Shown here: positions 18,485 through 27,951 of the stretch, in pieces | Numbering within the stretch: the first letter of the stretch is position 1 | Layout: each line of letters starts with the position of its first letter | DNA from: a virus | Lineage: Duplodnaviria > Caudoviricetes | Direction: 5' to 3' (one strand) | DNA: 54,143 bases | Virus record (IMG/VR): IMGVR_UViG_3300048590_000145 | Location: 1 to 54,143 of that record | Made by a program: the position numbers and the translations under genes | Notes under the pieces: generated by a model | Told to the model about the DNA's origin: nothing | Databases searched by the model: none | Seen by the model: only the letters and a program-made list of their open reading frames with translations

Positions 18485-19237
18485 CTAGAAGTTCGAGTGC
18501 GGGTGCAGGTGTTCCTGCATCTCGGGGATCAGACCGTTCTCCAAGGGCAAGATGAACTGGTTGCTGTACGGCATGTCGGTGTTACGGCTGTCACGCTCGA
18601 TCACCTGGTACATCAGATCCTTGTAGCCGGCTTCCAGTGTTTGCACTCGTGGCTGCATGATCGGGTCGGTCTGCGCGTAGTTCCATGCAGCCCTGGCAAT
18701 GATCACATCCGGGTAGTCGAAGTCGAGAAGCTGTCCACGGACACCATCCGGCACCTCTTCCCCTGTGGGGGGTAGCCGGAACATACGAGGTTCCCGCATG
18801 ACCGGGACGAAGATCTGCAGTCCTTCTTCGAAGGAGAAGAACCTACGCGAGAAGGTCAGTTGTTGCCGAGTCACTGAACACCACAGTCCCCGCATGTGCT
18901 CGTACTTGGACAGTGATTCCCGAGGAAGGAAGTACGCCCATTGCACAATGCTTGAGCCGTTCTTCAGCCGTACCGCGTCGTCATTGATGATGCGGGGACG
19001 CACGTTGGACGGCAGTTGCAGAATCTGCTCACCGGCCTTTGCTGCCCCGATGTTCAGTTCGGAAGCGTAGAACCCCCATTCGTGTTCCAGCGCATTCGCG
19101 CGTAGGGCCCTGTTGATCTGCCGGGTGATAGAGCGATACCTGTCGTACTCGGGCTCGTATTCCAGATCGAGTCCGGTCAGCAGCCCCAACACCTCGGCCA
19201 CGGCATCGTCGAGTGTCAGTTCGACTTCGATGTTCAT
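18485..19237 (-). CDS. Tail adaptor/tubular protein A-like
   Basis: 250 aa directly upstream of nozzle; HEWGF motif; positional inference. Confidence 0.55.
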   Translation of the reverse strand: MNIEVELTLDDAVAEVLGLLTGLDLEYEPEYDRYRSITRQINRALRANALEHEWGFYASELNIGAAKAGEQILQLPSNVRPRIINDDAVRLKNGSSIVQWAYFLPRESLSKYEHMRGLWCSVTRQQLTFSRRFFSFEEGLQIFVPVMREPRMFRLPPTGEEVPDGVRGQLLDFDYPDVIIARAAWNYAQTDPIMQPRVQTLEAGYKDLMYQVIERDSRNTDMPYSNQFILPLENGLIPEMQEHLHPHSNF

Positions 19238-19240
19238 CAG

Positions 19241-20440
19241 CTACCACTTCCTCAGACTGGCGCCTTCGGCACGGCCACCCTTTTCAATGGTGACAGCCGC
19301 AGCCAGGTTGGAGTTTGACTGCGCGCCTTTCAGCTGATCCATGCCCCGGTAGTTCTTGATCCAGTCGGGGGCTTCCTTCTGCTCGTACGATTCGTCCTGC
19401 AGTTCCGCCCAGTCATCGAAAGCATTGCCGGCTTGACGCCTGCGCAGTTTGTCCGCGGGCGTGCCGGACTTTCCCTTGCGCATCTTCTTGCCGGTGCCGG
19501 AGACGCCGATCAGCTTGTTGGAGGAGGACAAGGACGCGGCATTGGAGAAGCCCGTTCCGGAACCCTTGGTGTTCTTCAGCTTCTTCTTCGCCTTCTTGTT
19601 CTTGCCGAGCCGGGGGATCTTCGCCTCGTACTCCTCGGCGTTGGCGTACGCATCAGCCTGTGCCGTGCGCACCTGCCCGAGCTGGGTCAGCCCTTCACCC
19701 CGTGCTTCCAGGTAGTCACGCCAGATCTGCTCCTTCTCGCCCTCACCCGCGATCCAGGCGTTGGACAGTTTCGTCTTCGTATCCTCGTTCAGCCCAACGA
19801 CACCCTGATTGATGCTGGCGAGAGTGTCGTAGAACGCACGGTTGCCCTCGGCAGCATTGGCGTTCTGGTTGCGTGCGGCAATCAGCATTGCCTTGATCGT
19901 GTCGGACTCCCCGGCACCTTGGGTGAGGATTTGACCCAGGGCATCCTGACGTTCACGTACCAGGTTGGCAACCCCACCTTCCAGAGTGGCCGCGGTGGCT
20001 GTCTCATTGTTCTCCCCTGCAACCGTGTAGGTCTTGCCGAGTTCTGTAGCACTGGACGTGAGATCTGCGAGTTGGGTGTCCCGGGTCCGCGTGATGTCCT
20101 GGATGTCCTGCTTACGGCGCTCCTTCATCTCACCGAGCGCCTTCTTCAACGCTGACGCCTGACTGTTCAGGTTCGTCGCCTGCTTCAAGTAGCGCTTGCC
20201 AGTACGGTCGTCACGTTCCTTCTGCTGCTTCTCCGCCCTGCGCTGCGCAGACGCCACCGAGTTCTTCGCTGACGACTTCGAACTCTTGGACTTTGACGTC
20301 CTGGACGTTGACGGGCGGGACGAAGGCCGTGACGCGGGATTCGTCGATGTCGGGCGTGGCGCCGTTGACGGCTTACCGAGCACCGGGGCTTTCTTCACCG
20401 GGCGCTTGCCCTTCGGCCTGACAGGGATGGTGTTAGCCAC
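19241..20440 (-). CDS. Putative internal virion/ejection protein (basic termini, coiled-coil core)
   Basis: GTG 20440 after GGAGG; K/S-rich ends, long helical centre. Confidence 0.55.
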   Translation of the reverse strand: MANTIPVRPKGKRPVKKAPVLGKPSTAPRPTSTNPASRPSSRPSTSRTSKSKSSKSSAKNSVASAQRRAEKQQKERDDRTGKRYLKQATNLNSQASALKKALGEMKERRKQDIQDITRTRDTQLADLTSSATELGKTYTVAGENNETATAATLEGGVANLVRERQDALGQILTQGAGESDTIKAMLIAARNQNANAAEGNRAFYDTLASINQGVVGLNEDTKTKLSNAWIAGEGEKEQIWRDYLEARGEGLTQLGQVRTAQADAYANAEEYEAKIPRLGKNKKAKKKLKNTKGSGTGFSNAASLSSSNKLIGVSGTGKKMRKGKSGTPADKLRRRQAGNAFDDWAELQDESYEQKEAPDWIKNYRGMDQLKGAQSNSNLAAAVTIEKGGRAEGASLRKW

Positions 20441-21851
20441 GACGGCCTCCAATGTTCAACATCTCGATGATCTCATCCGGGGACCGGTTGGGTCTAGGTA
20501 CACCGTCGTTGCCAACCGCTTCCTTCGCACCGTACTGCTTTTCATTCATGGCACGCTGGTACGTCGTGCGATACCACTGCTTCTGCTCTTGCGGGCTGAA
20601 CTCGTGATCGATGAAGAACTGGCGGATCTCGGCCATCGGGTCTTTGATCGTCTCGTCCGGGATCTTCAGTGTCAACCAGGAGGATTCGTAGAACCTGTCA
20701 TCGGTCCATAGTGGTTGGGATACCTTACGGCCATCAGGCAGGACAACCTCTTGATATTCAGGTTTACCCTTATCCCTGATATGCCCGCCAAACCCGAATG
20801 GGATGTCCTTGATGTTCTCCTCGGTCACGGTGATCGGGTTGAGCGCAGTGTCCACCGACCAGAACGTCCGCTCAGCATCCGTCATAGCTGCTTCGATCGC
20901 CTCGACGTTCAATCGGACAGCCGACGAGTCAACTGCCGCCTGATTCTCCGGCGAGCGCAGCTGGTCATAGTTGGCGACAGTGTCAACCACTTGCATCCTC
21001 GGACGTCCATCGTTCACCCACTCCTGCTTGCCCTGGATCAAAGGTTCGAGGGGTTGCGCGGATGACAAGGTGAAGTTCTTCAACTCGTCGGCATCGATGG
21101 CCCGTTCGAGAGACAGGTACTCGTCCAGGTCTTGACCGACGGCTTTGAAGTTGATGCTCTTCAGCAGCTCCACCGTGTTGATGGCGATGGTGTCGGACCC
21201 GCCCTCTTTGCCGAAGATCTCCTCCACATCAGCGTTGTACTGGTTCAGCTGCGCTTCGGAGTATGCCGGAGTCTCGGTGCGCGTACCAGCCTTCAGATCT
21301 TTCTGGCGTGCTTGAACCAACCGGGTGTTGAAGTCGACCGCGGCTTTCTGATCGTCGTCCAGTTTGTCGTACTGCTTCCAGGTCAGCACGCCCTTCTGGG
21401 CTTCCGCCTTCGTCTTCTCCTTCTCGATGTCAGGCTTGTCATCGGTGGACTGCGCCGTGGAACGGTAGCCGGTCTGATTGGAGAGCGTATCGTCCATGCC
21501 GCGCAGTTGCAGCGCTGACAGCTCGTACTCGTACTCGGCCAGATCCCGCTTCTTCCGGTACTTCAGATCCTCCGGCGTCTCGATCTTCGTCGGTCGATCA
21601 GGCGCCGGGGCTGACCAGTTCGTATCGTTCAGCAGTCGTTGCTGACTGGCAGGCATGGTGTACGTGGACGGAGCGGGAACCGCTGTCACACCCGCTACCT
21701 CGGGAGGTGCCGGTAACAGGGGAGGCGGGCGGTACGAACTGGACGGTTTCTCGACCGGGGCCTTCGCCTGACCCCGGCCTCCCAGTCCTAGAGGTTTGGG
21801 CGCAGGGTCATTCGAACGACTGCCCGACCACGGGATGAGTTTGAAAGCCAT
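20433..21851 (-). CDS. Hypothetical virion protein, 472 aa
   Basis: GGAGG SD; P-rich N-terminus; within structural operon. Confidence 0.7.
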   Translation of the reverse strand: MAFKLIPWSGSRSNDPAPKPLGLGGRGQAKAPVEKPSSSYRPPPLLPAPPEVAGVTAVPAPSTYTMPASQQRLLNDTNWSAPAPDRPTKIETPEDLKYRKKRDLAEYEYELSALQLRGMDDTLSNQTGYRSTAQSTDDKPDIEKEKTKAEAQKGVLTWKQYDKLDDDQKAAVDFNTRLVQARQKDLKAGTRTETPAYSEAQLNQYNADVEEIFGKEGGSDTIAINTVELLKSINFKAVGQDLDEYLSLERAIDADELKNFTLSSAQPLEPLIQGKQEWVNDGRPRMQVVDTVANYDQLRSPENQAAVDSSAVRLNVEAIEAAMTDAERTFWSVDTALNPITVTEENIKDIPFGFGGHIRDKGKPEYQEVVLPDGRKVSQPLWTDDRFYESSWLTLKIPDETIKDPMAEIRQFFIDHEFSPQEQKQWYRTTYQRAMNEKQYGAKEAVGNDGVPRPNRSPDEIIEMLNIGGRRG

Positions 21852-21864
21852 GCGTCACACCTCC

Positions 21865-22641
21865 TCACAGCTTCATGATATAGGCGAGAACGTAGTACGG
21901 CGGCATGTTGTTGTGCGCCTGAGATGCATTCGCGGCGGTCGCATTGTTGATCGTATGCGAGTGAGGAGCGTTCGCCGCCTCCGACGGGACCAAGTCGTTC
22001 GCGGTACCGAACGCATGATTCGTCCAGTGGTCGTGATTGCCGTTCTGTGTGGTCGCCGCATTGTTGATCGACCCAGCACCTGTCACTCGTTTACCGTTCG
22101 GTGAGCCAAGAGCAACATCCTGCTGGTAGTCCAGGTTGTGCCCGTGGTTACCGTTCGGGTTCACGTAATGGTTGTGGTACCAGTGGTTCCTGTTGATGCT
22201 GTGGGAGTGTGGAGCATTGGCCGTTTGCATCGTGTGCGTGTGTACAGGTACGCCGGACTGCGCCCCGGTCAAAGTGACATTCTCTTCGCCACCAGCAGTG
22301 CCGACGGCCCGCGTGCCCCAGCCCAGCACGAACTTGTTCTTCAAGTCCGGGGTGCCATTCGTCCCGTCGCACAACGCCCAGCCTGCCGGAGCAGTTGTCC
22401 CAGACCACATCACGATCACACCTGTCGGAACGCCGCCGACGGATTCGGGATCGACCGCGGCCCACGTATCAGTCGCTGTGGTGGCGAGCAGTTTGCCCGC
22501 CGGAATGTTCGTGTCGGGTGTGTGGATCGTGCCGTTGTCCAACGCGATCAACGAGTTCTTCACCCATAGCGTGTGGTCGAAGTGACCCAGTTCGCCTTCA
22601 ACCGGATCAGCCGGCCACGGGGTGGGGAGCAGAGATACCAT
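21865..22641 (-). CDS. Tail fibre with tail-collar domain and HxH needle
   Basis: PTGVIVMWSG..PAGWALCDGTNGTPDL..FVLG; HTH/HSH/HNH/HGH/HDH repeats; HNNMPPYYVLAYIMK. Confidence 0.85.
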   Translation of the reverse strand: MVSLLPTPWPADPVEGELGHFDHTLWVKNSLIALDNGTIHTPDTNIPAGKLLATTATDTWAAVDPESVGGVPTGVIVMWSGTTAPAGWALCDGTNGTPDLKNKFVLGWGTRAVGTAGGEENVTLTGAQSGVPVHTHTMQTANAPHSHSINRNHWYHNHYVNPNGNHGHNLDYQQDVALGSPNGKRVTGAGSINNAATTQNGNHDHWTNHAFGTANDLVPSEAANAPHSHTINNATAANASQAHNNMPPYYVLAYIMKL

Positions 22642-22650
22642 GTCAGTCTC

Positions 22651-23169
22651 CTAGACGACGTACCAGATCCGGACGGTACGAGTGGCACTCGGCCCGATGT
22701 AGATCTTGTTGTTGGTGGTGTTCAGCAGCATTTGGTTCGTGGTCGGTGTGCTGCTGACATCCAGGAGCGATGTCACAATCGCGCCCGCTGGCAGTCCGGT
22801 AGGTGTCGCCCAGCCCGTTCCATCAGCAGTGATGCTGACCTGCAGGTACGGGGGAATCCGGGAGTCGACGTACTGCTTCGTCGCCAAGTGCCCACTGGCT
22901 GTCGGGCTGAGAGCGGTCACGCGCGAGTTCACGTTCAACCCGGAGCTGGTCGCGCTGATCTGGGACTCGTTCACCCCGCTCTTCATGGTGAGCGTGCCTT
23001 CGATGGTATCGCCGCTGCGCTTCACGCTTTGCTGGTCGAGACGCTTCACGAACTCTTTGATCCACCGCGACCAGGCGAAATGCCCTGGTTTGCCGGCTAC
23101 CGGGTCTGCCGGCTCCACTCCCTGCGTACCTCCGGGATATGGGAACTCGGGTGCGCTTGATGCTCCCAT
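22651..23169 (-). CDS. Minor tail/fibre protein
   Basis: KRSGDTIEGTL, PTASGHLATKQYVD fibre motifs. Confidence 0.7.
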   Translation of the reverse strand: MGASSAPEFPYPGGTQGVEPADPVAGKPGHFAWSRWIKEFVKRLDQQSVKRSGDTIEGTLTMKSGVNESQISATSSGLNVNSRVTALSPTASGHLATKQYVDSRIPPYLQVSITADGTGWATPTGLPAGAIVTSLLDVSSTPTTNQMLLNTTNNKIYIGPSATRTVRIWYVV

Positions 23170-23172
23170 TGT

Positions 23173-23364
23173 CTACTCCTCTCCTCCCGACGGAGGTGCC
23201 GGGTTGAGAGACCATTTGTCCCTCCACAGTGACTCCCACGTTATCGGAAAACCTTCGTCCCATATGTCGATCCACGGGTCGGGCCATACACACAGTTGCC
23301 CGAGCCAGATCCGTTCGATCTGCTGCCCGCCGCTGTGCGCTGTCCCGACACCTATGAGATCCAT
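23173..23364 (-). CDS. Small Trp-rich tail-associated protein, 63 aa
   Basis: ATG 23364; IERIWLGQLCVWP motif. Confidence 0.6.
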   Translation of the reverse strand: MDLIGVGTAHSGGQQIERIWLGQLCVWPDPWIDIWDEGFPITWESLWRDKWSLNPAPPSGGEE

Positions 23365-23368
23365 GTGA

Positions 23369-23929
23369 CTACCGTTTCTTCTTCGGCTTGAGCCAGACCT
23401 TCGACGGTGGCCAGATCCGGTTGCTGTCGTACATCTGGTTGTACCGCTGGCTGGGATTGATCCAGCCCTTGTGTACCGAGAAGTGCAGGTGCAGCCCGGT
23501 GGTGTTGCCTGAGGTTCCCATGCGCCCGATCCACTTGCCGAACGGCTTCTGCTTACCGGCAATCACCACGCCGGCTTTCACCTTTTGACCGGGCTTCACC
23601 CGCACCGATCCTTTACGAAGATGCTGGTAGAAGGCCGAGCGTTTCTGCCCTTTGCTATTCGTCCAGCCGAGGATGATCCAGTTGCTGGGCATCCCCGAGT
23701 AGCGGCGCGGAGGATTGTCGGACTCACCGTCGTGACAGGCAAGGATCACACCGTCCCGTACGGCCCGGAGTTTCGCGTACCGCCACGGGATCGGCGCGAT
23801 GTCCATCGCCCAGTGCGGGTTACCGTTGCTGTACCGTTCAGCGCACGTAAGGCGAAACGGGCCGCGCAGTGGTGGCGAAGCATTCTTGCGCCAGTTCTTC
23901 CGGCGGTTGGGCCAGACACCGAGTTTCAT
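23369..23929 (-). CDS. Endolysin, M23 metallopeptidase
   Basis: HWAMD (HxxxD), YQHL, VKPGQKVKAG, MGTSGNTTGLHLHF (HxH); coupled to holin-like gene. Confidence 0.88.
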   Translation of the reverse strand: MKLGVWPNRRKNWRKNASPPLRGPFRLTCAERYSNGNPHWAMDIAPIPWRYAKLRAVRDGVILACHDGESDNPPRRYSGMPSNWIILGWTNSKGQKRSAFYQHLRKGSVRVKPGQKVKAGVVIAGKQKPFGKWIGRMGTSGNTTGLHLHFSVHKGWINPSQRYNQMYDSNRIWPPSKVWLKPKKKR

Positions 23930-24186
23930 AGGACTTCTCCGTTCTCGTCCAGCTCGGGCGGTGCGTACTCGCCCTCCCCTTCAATGTGGGGATCGTTCAC
24001 CGGGGTGACCGAGGGACGCACCCACAGCACCATCAGCAGCGTCGCCAACCCTGCGACCGCCGTGTTGATCTGAGCGATTTCCTCAGGTGTCAGATCCCAC
24101 ACACGCACGACAATCACATTGGTCACTCCGGCTAGGACCGCGAGGATCGCGGCTCGTATCGCAAGAGGTTCACGGGTGATGTTCAT
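23926..24186 (-). CDS. Holin
   Basis: 86 aa, two hydrophobic segments, REP..and VRPSVTPV motifs; ATGA-coupled to endolysin. Confidence 0.75.
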   Translation of the reverse strand: MNITREPLAIRAAILAVLAGVTNVIVVRVWDLTPEEIAQINTAVAGLATLLMVLWVRPSVTPVNDPHIEGEGEYAPPELDENGEVL

Positions 24187-24189
24187 TTC

Positions 24190-24444
24190 CTACTCCCAGT
24201 ATTCATCGTTGTCATCATCTTCCTCGATTCGCTTCTGTCGGCGCTTGTCACGCTCGTGAAGGGCGTGGAGTTCTTTACGGCGGGCCAGGCGTAATGCGGC
24301 CCGCAATTCCTCGTCCTCCGCTCTCGTCCGTCCGTCCGGCCAGTAGTAACTCGTGATACGTGTGATGAGCATAGCGACGGCTGCACCGATCAGAATGATG
24401 ATCTGACCGATAGCAGGGTCGATGCTCGCCATCCACGTATTCAC
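24190..24444 (-). CDS. Single-TM membrane protein with charged C-terminus (start 24444 GTG or 24432 ATG)
   Basis: IIILIGAAVAMLIT segment then R/K- and D/E-rich tail. Confidence 0.65.
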   Translation of the reverse strand: MNTWMASIDPAIGQIIILIGAAVAMLITRITSYYWPDGRTRAEDEELRAALRLARRKELHALHERDKRRQKRIEEDDDNDEYWE

Positions 24445-24836
24445 TACTCCAACTCTCTGTGCGATGTCTCTAGGACATATAACCCAGCCATCGTTATCGC
24501 AAAACACATCGGCAGGATTCCTTGAAAACTTGTGCCGTCCAAAGCCACCTCCACTGCTCTACCGGCCCACGCGCCTACTCCAAACAGTAAACCGATTTCG
24601 TACATGATCTGGGATCTGCGGAACCACGCCCAAATTGTGAACACCGATGACAATCCTGACAATGCTGCGAGCGCACCGATGGAGTCGTCCGGTGTGAACA
24701 GGATCGGCTGTGTGCTGGGCAACAGGGCGAGGATCTGATTGAGAAACAGAACAAGGGTAGCAATCACCGGACCGATTGCCACCGGCTTGATACACCGTCC
24801 ACCGACGGAAATACACTCGATCTCCGCAGGGGTCAT
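24444..24836 (-). CDS. Four-TM membrane protein, 130 aa
   Basis: Four hydrophobic stretches; ATGA-coupled. Confidence 0.7.
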   Translation of the reverse strand: MTPAEIECISVGGRCIKPVAIGPVIATLVLFLNQILALLPSTQPILFTPDDSIGALAALSGLSSVFTIWAWFRRSQIMYEIGLLFGVGAWAGRAVEVALDGTSFQGILPMCFAITMAGLYVLETSHRELE

Positions 24837-24919
24837 AGCGCACTACTGACTGTTATCCAGGCGGCCACCAGAATGATGAGGGACACCAGGAGGATTCGTG
24901 AGATCGTGTCATGCAGCAT
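24833..24919 (-). CDS. 28-aa single-TM microprotein (MLHDTISRILLVSLIILVAAWITVSSAL)
   Basis: Starts 2 nt after upstream stop; ATGA-coupled to next gene. Confidence 0.55.
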   Translation of the reverse strand: MLHDTISRILLVSLIILVAAWITVSSAL

Positions 24920-24921
24920 GG

Positions 24922-25008
24922 TTATCCAAAACCCTTTACGAGAAGGTACGCAATAAGCACGGCAGTGAGCGTTCCGAGAAGTACCGCGACGAAGATTTGA
25001 CCATTCAT
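24922..25008 (-). CDS. 28-aa single-TM microprotein (MNGQIFVAVLLGTLTAVLIAYLLVKGFG)
   Basis: AGGAG SD; fills gap exactly. Confidence 0.6.
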   Translation of the reverse strand: MNGQIFVAVLLGTLTAVLIAYLLVKGFG

Positions 25009-25017
25009 GAGATTCTC

Positions 25018-25296
25018 CTATCCGTTGATCAAAGGTTGTACTGCTGCAAGGATCATCGCATCGGTGATGACTGCGGGGTCCATTCCTGGGTCGGTGGCGT
25101 TCTGCGGTCCGGCCTGGATCGCCTGGGTAACGGCGTAGTCCCATGCCTCCCCCCATCCTGGTGATGCGCACACCGTCCACATGATGTCGTTCATGGTCTG
25201 CTCAGGATCGGCAGCGCCTTCCTGCGCACAGCACGCCGTGATCCGTTGCCGCAGGCCCGGGTGCTGCTGCATCTGCGCGATAGCCAGATAACTCAT
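25018..25296 (-). CDS. Tail-fibre-associated small protein, 92 aa
   Basis: GAGG SD; DPAVITDAMILAAVQ C-terminus typical of proteins following actinophage fibres. Confidence 0.75.
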   Translation of the reverse strand: MSYLAIAQMQQHPGLRQRITACCAQEGAADPEQTMNDIMWTVCASPGWGEAWDYAVTQAIQAGPQNATDPGMDPAVITDAMILAAVQPLING

Positions 25297-25303
25297 CTGT
25301 CCC

Positions 25304-25855
25304 TCATCTCAACCTCATGAACTGCATCGTGCCCGAGTACGCCGACCGGCCGCCGCCAGAGTTGGCCTGGCCGAGCATGTCCATCGTGTCGTGGAGGGCG
25401 TAGGAATCCACGATGAACGTGGCGGTGTTGATGATCTGCCCGGCACCCGCCCCGGTAGTGGCTTCCAAGTAAGAGCGAGACTCCCACGGGCTCCCCATCG
25501 TCCCGAACCACTCACCGATCCGCATGTACATGTACAGGCCGCTGCTAGCAGCGGAGTCCGAAACCACGCCGTAGGTGATCTGCCACCGGCCATACGGGAG
25601 GAAAAACACATGCGAGCCGGACATCGTGATGCCCGCGTCACCTCCGGCCTTAGACCAGCCGTCGATGAAAACCGCGTTGGCCGTAGGGATGGACAGCCCA
25701 GCCGACCGGCTGAACGTGTCCACCTTTCCCCGGTTGTCGATGCCCCACGACTGCGCGTCCACATACTGCTTGGTGGCGGGGTGCATGTTCGCGCTGGGTG
25801 CGAGAACCGTCACCGGGGCGTCGTACTGGGTGGTGTCCTTGATCTTTCGGGTCAT
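25304..25855 (-). CDS. Minor tail/receptor-binding protein, 183 aa
   Basis: ATGA-coupled start; PSANMHPATKQYVD then beta-rich domain. Confidence 0.7.
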   Translation of the reverse strand: MTRKIKDTTQYDAPVTVLAPSANMHPATKQYVDAQSWGIDNRGKVDTFSRSAGLSIPTANAVFIDGWSKAGGDAGITMSGSHVFFLPYGRWQITYGVVSDSAASSGLYMYMRIGEWFGTMGSPWESRSYLEATTGAGAGQIINTATFIVDSYALHDTMDMLGQANSGGGRSAYSGTMQFMRLR

Positions 25856-27408
25856 CCGATCACCGTCACTCTGTACTGGTTGGCGCTCGGAGCCGTGGCG
25901 AAGTACACCTTGCACTGTGTCGAACTGGTGAGCTCCACCCCGCACTGCACCACGCCGTAGGGGCTGCCCACTTCACGCACCTGCACGATCACGTCCTGGG
26001 TGCCCAAGCCGTGAGAGATGACATACGACGTGGCGCTGGTGGTCAGTGTGGCGCTGTACTTCCTCGGGACCACGTTAAAGTTGACCCGGGTCTCTCCGAG
26101 AATATGCGTGAGACCATCACCGATCTTCGCCGATATTTGCGACCCGGTGATGTCGATTCCGTCTCCGGCGGTGAACGCCCCCGGCCCGGAGAACTGCGCG
26201 AATGTCAGTGCAGTGGTGTCCAACGTGATCGGGTTGTCAGTGGTCAATACCCAAGCGGTGTCAGCTTGGGAACCGCCCTGTTCCACGAACGTGAACATCC
26301 CCGCAGTCACTTTCGCGCTGGTGTCCGCATCAGTAGCACGAATGTTCGCCGTGGTTCCCGCAGCACGGGTGTAGATACCGTTCTCCGATGCGGTGCTCTG
26401 GTTCTTCACCAGCACCCGCTCGCCCACCGCGATACTCACTCCATCCACTGTGGCAAGACTCATGCCGGAGGCGAGGTCCACGCTGGCGGTAGTGGCGGCC
26501 TTGACGCTGCCTTTCACGTCCAACCCGGTTTGGGCGGCGGCGACGGCGGCGTCCAGTTGCTGCTTGGTCACCGCATCGGTCGCCCCGGTACCGTCACCCA
26601 TGTTGCCGATCTTGTTGCCGCCCATGTTGATGCTGGCAGTACCGCCGGACATCACTATGGGGCCGGTGACAGTACCTCCGGTTTTCGGCAGGGCCGCGTT
26701 CGCCGTGGCCTGCGCAGCGCTGGCGGCCGACGCAACCGTGTCCACCTGGCCCTTGGTCGCACCGTCAGTAGCACTAGTGCCGTCAGCCATGTTGGTGATC
26801 TTGAAGGAGTTCATGTGCAGCGCGACGGACGGGCGCACACTCGGCAATGACCAGTACGTGCCGTTCCACGAGAACGCCGAACCGTCGTTGCCCGACTGGC
26901 CGTAGATCGAAGTGGAGTACACCGTTCCCGACACGGTGAGGTTGCCGCTGATTGTGCCACCGGAAAGGGCCAGGTACACGCCCACGACTTGCTCGTAACG
27001 GACGGCTTGACCGTTGGCAGCCGCAGCCCCGAGGCCGGTGATCTTGTATCCGCCCATTGCAATGTCAGCGGTCGGCGCGGCCAGGTCGGACAGTTTGATC
27101 GCCGAGTGCGCGGCAGCGTTGTGCGCCGGCAGAGCGTGGTAATGGTCAGAGCGTGCAGCGGTCGCCGCAGATCCGTTCGCTGCGGACTGCCCGAACGCCG
27201 ATGCCTGCCCGGACAGGTTCGCCACGGCAGCCCCTGTAGCCGCCACCCACGTTGAACCGTTGTACCACTCCAACGTGTTCGTCGTGGAATTGTAGTAGAA
27301 CTTCCCGGTCGTTCCGGTTGGTGCGGCGGACAGGATATGTGCCCGTACGTTCCGTAACTCGTTGCCGTTCAGATTGATACTGACGACGAACGTTGCGTCA
27401 GATGCCAT
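25852..27408 (-). CDS. Tail fibre protein, 518 aa
   Basis: ARSDHYH, KITNMADGT..TDGATKGQVD repeats, GLDVKGSVKAATT, RVLVKNQ..ENGIY. Confidence 0.85.
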   Translation of the reverse strand: MASDATFVVSINLNGNELRNVRAHILSAAPTGTTGKFYYNSTTNTLEWYNGSTWVAATGAAVANLSGQASAFGQSAANGSAATAARSDHYHALPAHNAAAHSAIKLSDLAAPTADIAMGGYKITGLGAAAANGQAVRYEQVVGVYLALSGGTISGNLTVSGTVYSTSIYGQSGNDGSAFSWNGTYWSLPSVRPSVALHMNSFKITNMADGTSATDGATKGQVDTVASAASAAQATANAALPKTGGTVTGPIVMSGGTASINMGGNKIGNMGDGTGATDAVTKQQLDAAVAAAQTGLDVKGSVKAATTASVDLASGMSLATVDGVSIAVGERVLVKNQSTASENGIYTRAAGTTANIRATDADTSAKVTAGMFTFVEQGGSQADTAWVLTTDNPITLDTTALTFAQFSGPGAFTAGDGIDITGSQISAKIGDGLTHILGETRVNFNVVPRKYSATLTTSATSYVISHGLGTQDVIVQVREVGSPYGVVQCGVELTSSTQCKVYFATAPSANQYRVTVIG

Positions 27409-27423
27409 GATTGTCTCCCTGTG

Positions 27424-27951
27424 TCATGAGCAATACGCTTTCCCACTTGTTGCTCCTGAGAATCGAACGATCACGGATGTGATGTCGACATATTCGATGG
27501 CGGCAATGAGCGCCGACCCAGCGCTGTCCACAATGGATACCGCCGGATAGTAGCCGAGTTCGTGCACCACAGTCCAGGTATCGTCTGCGACTGCTTGGGT
27601 GTGTACGTACGATCCAGCGGTTGATCCGTCCCCCGGAGGTCCAGGCGGTCCAGGCGGTCCAGGCGGTCCAGGCGGTCCTTGCGGGCCTGGATTCCCGGTG
27701 TCGATCAGAATGTCCGGAGCGGTTGTTACCTCCAACGGTGCATCCGGTTTCACATCTGCTTCGACGGTGACATCCACCGGAGTCAGTACAGATAGGTCGA
27801 TAACCTGTCCACTGGTCACATCGATGACATGCTCACTGGGTTGAGCAATGACGACGGCTGTTTCCCCTGCTGTCGTGTCGATGGTGACGTTCGCCGGAGC
27901 TTCAACAACAATCTCCACCCCCGAAGTGTCGTCCCCCGGGGGCGTGGTCAT
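27424..27951 (-). CDS. Collagen-like minor tail protein
   Basis: (GPP)n repeat; C-terminal HELGYYPAV..V.F domain. Confidence 0.8.
   Translation of the reverse strand: MTTPPGDDTSGVEIVVEAPANVTIDTTAGETAVVIAQPSEHVIDVTSGQVIDLSVLTPVDVTVEADVKPDAPLEVTTAPDILIDTGNPGPQGPPGPPGPPGPPGPPGDGSTAGSYVHTQAVADDTWTVVHELGYYPAVSIVDSAGSALIAAIEYVDITSVIVRFSGATSGKAYCS

Noticed and set aside
21865-27408. Diversity-generating retroelement or invertible fibre cassette
   Set aside because: No reverse transcriptase, invertase or template/variable repeat pair found
27630-27685. Tandem GGTCCAGGC repeat
   Set aside because: Simply encodes the collagen GPP repeat
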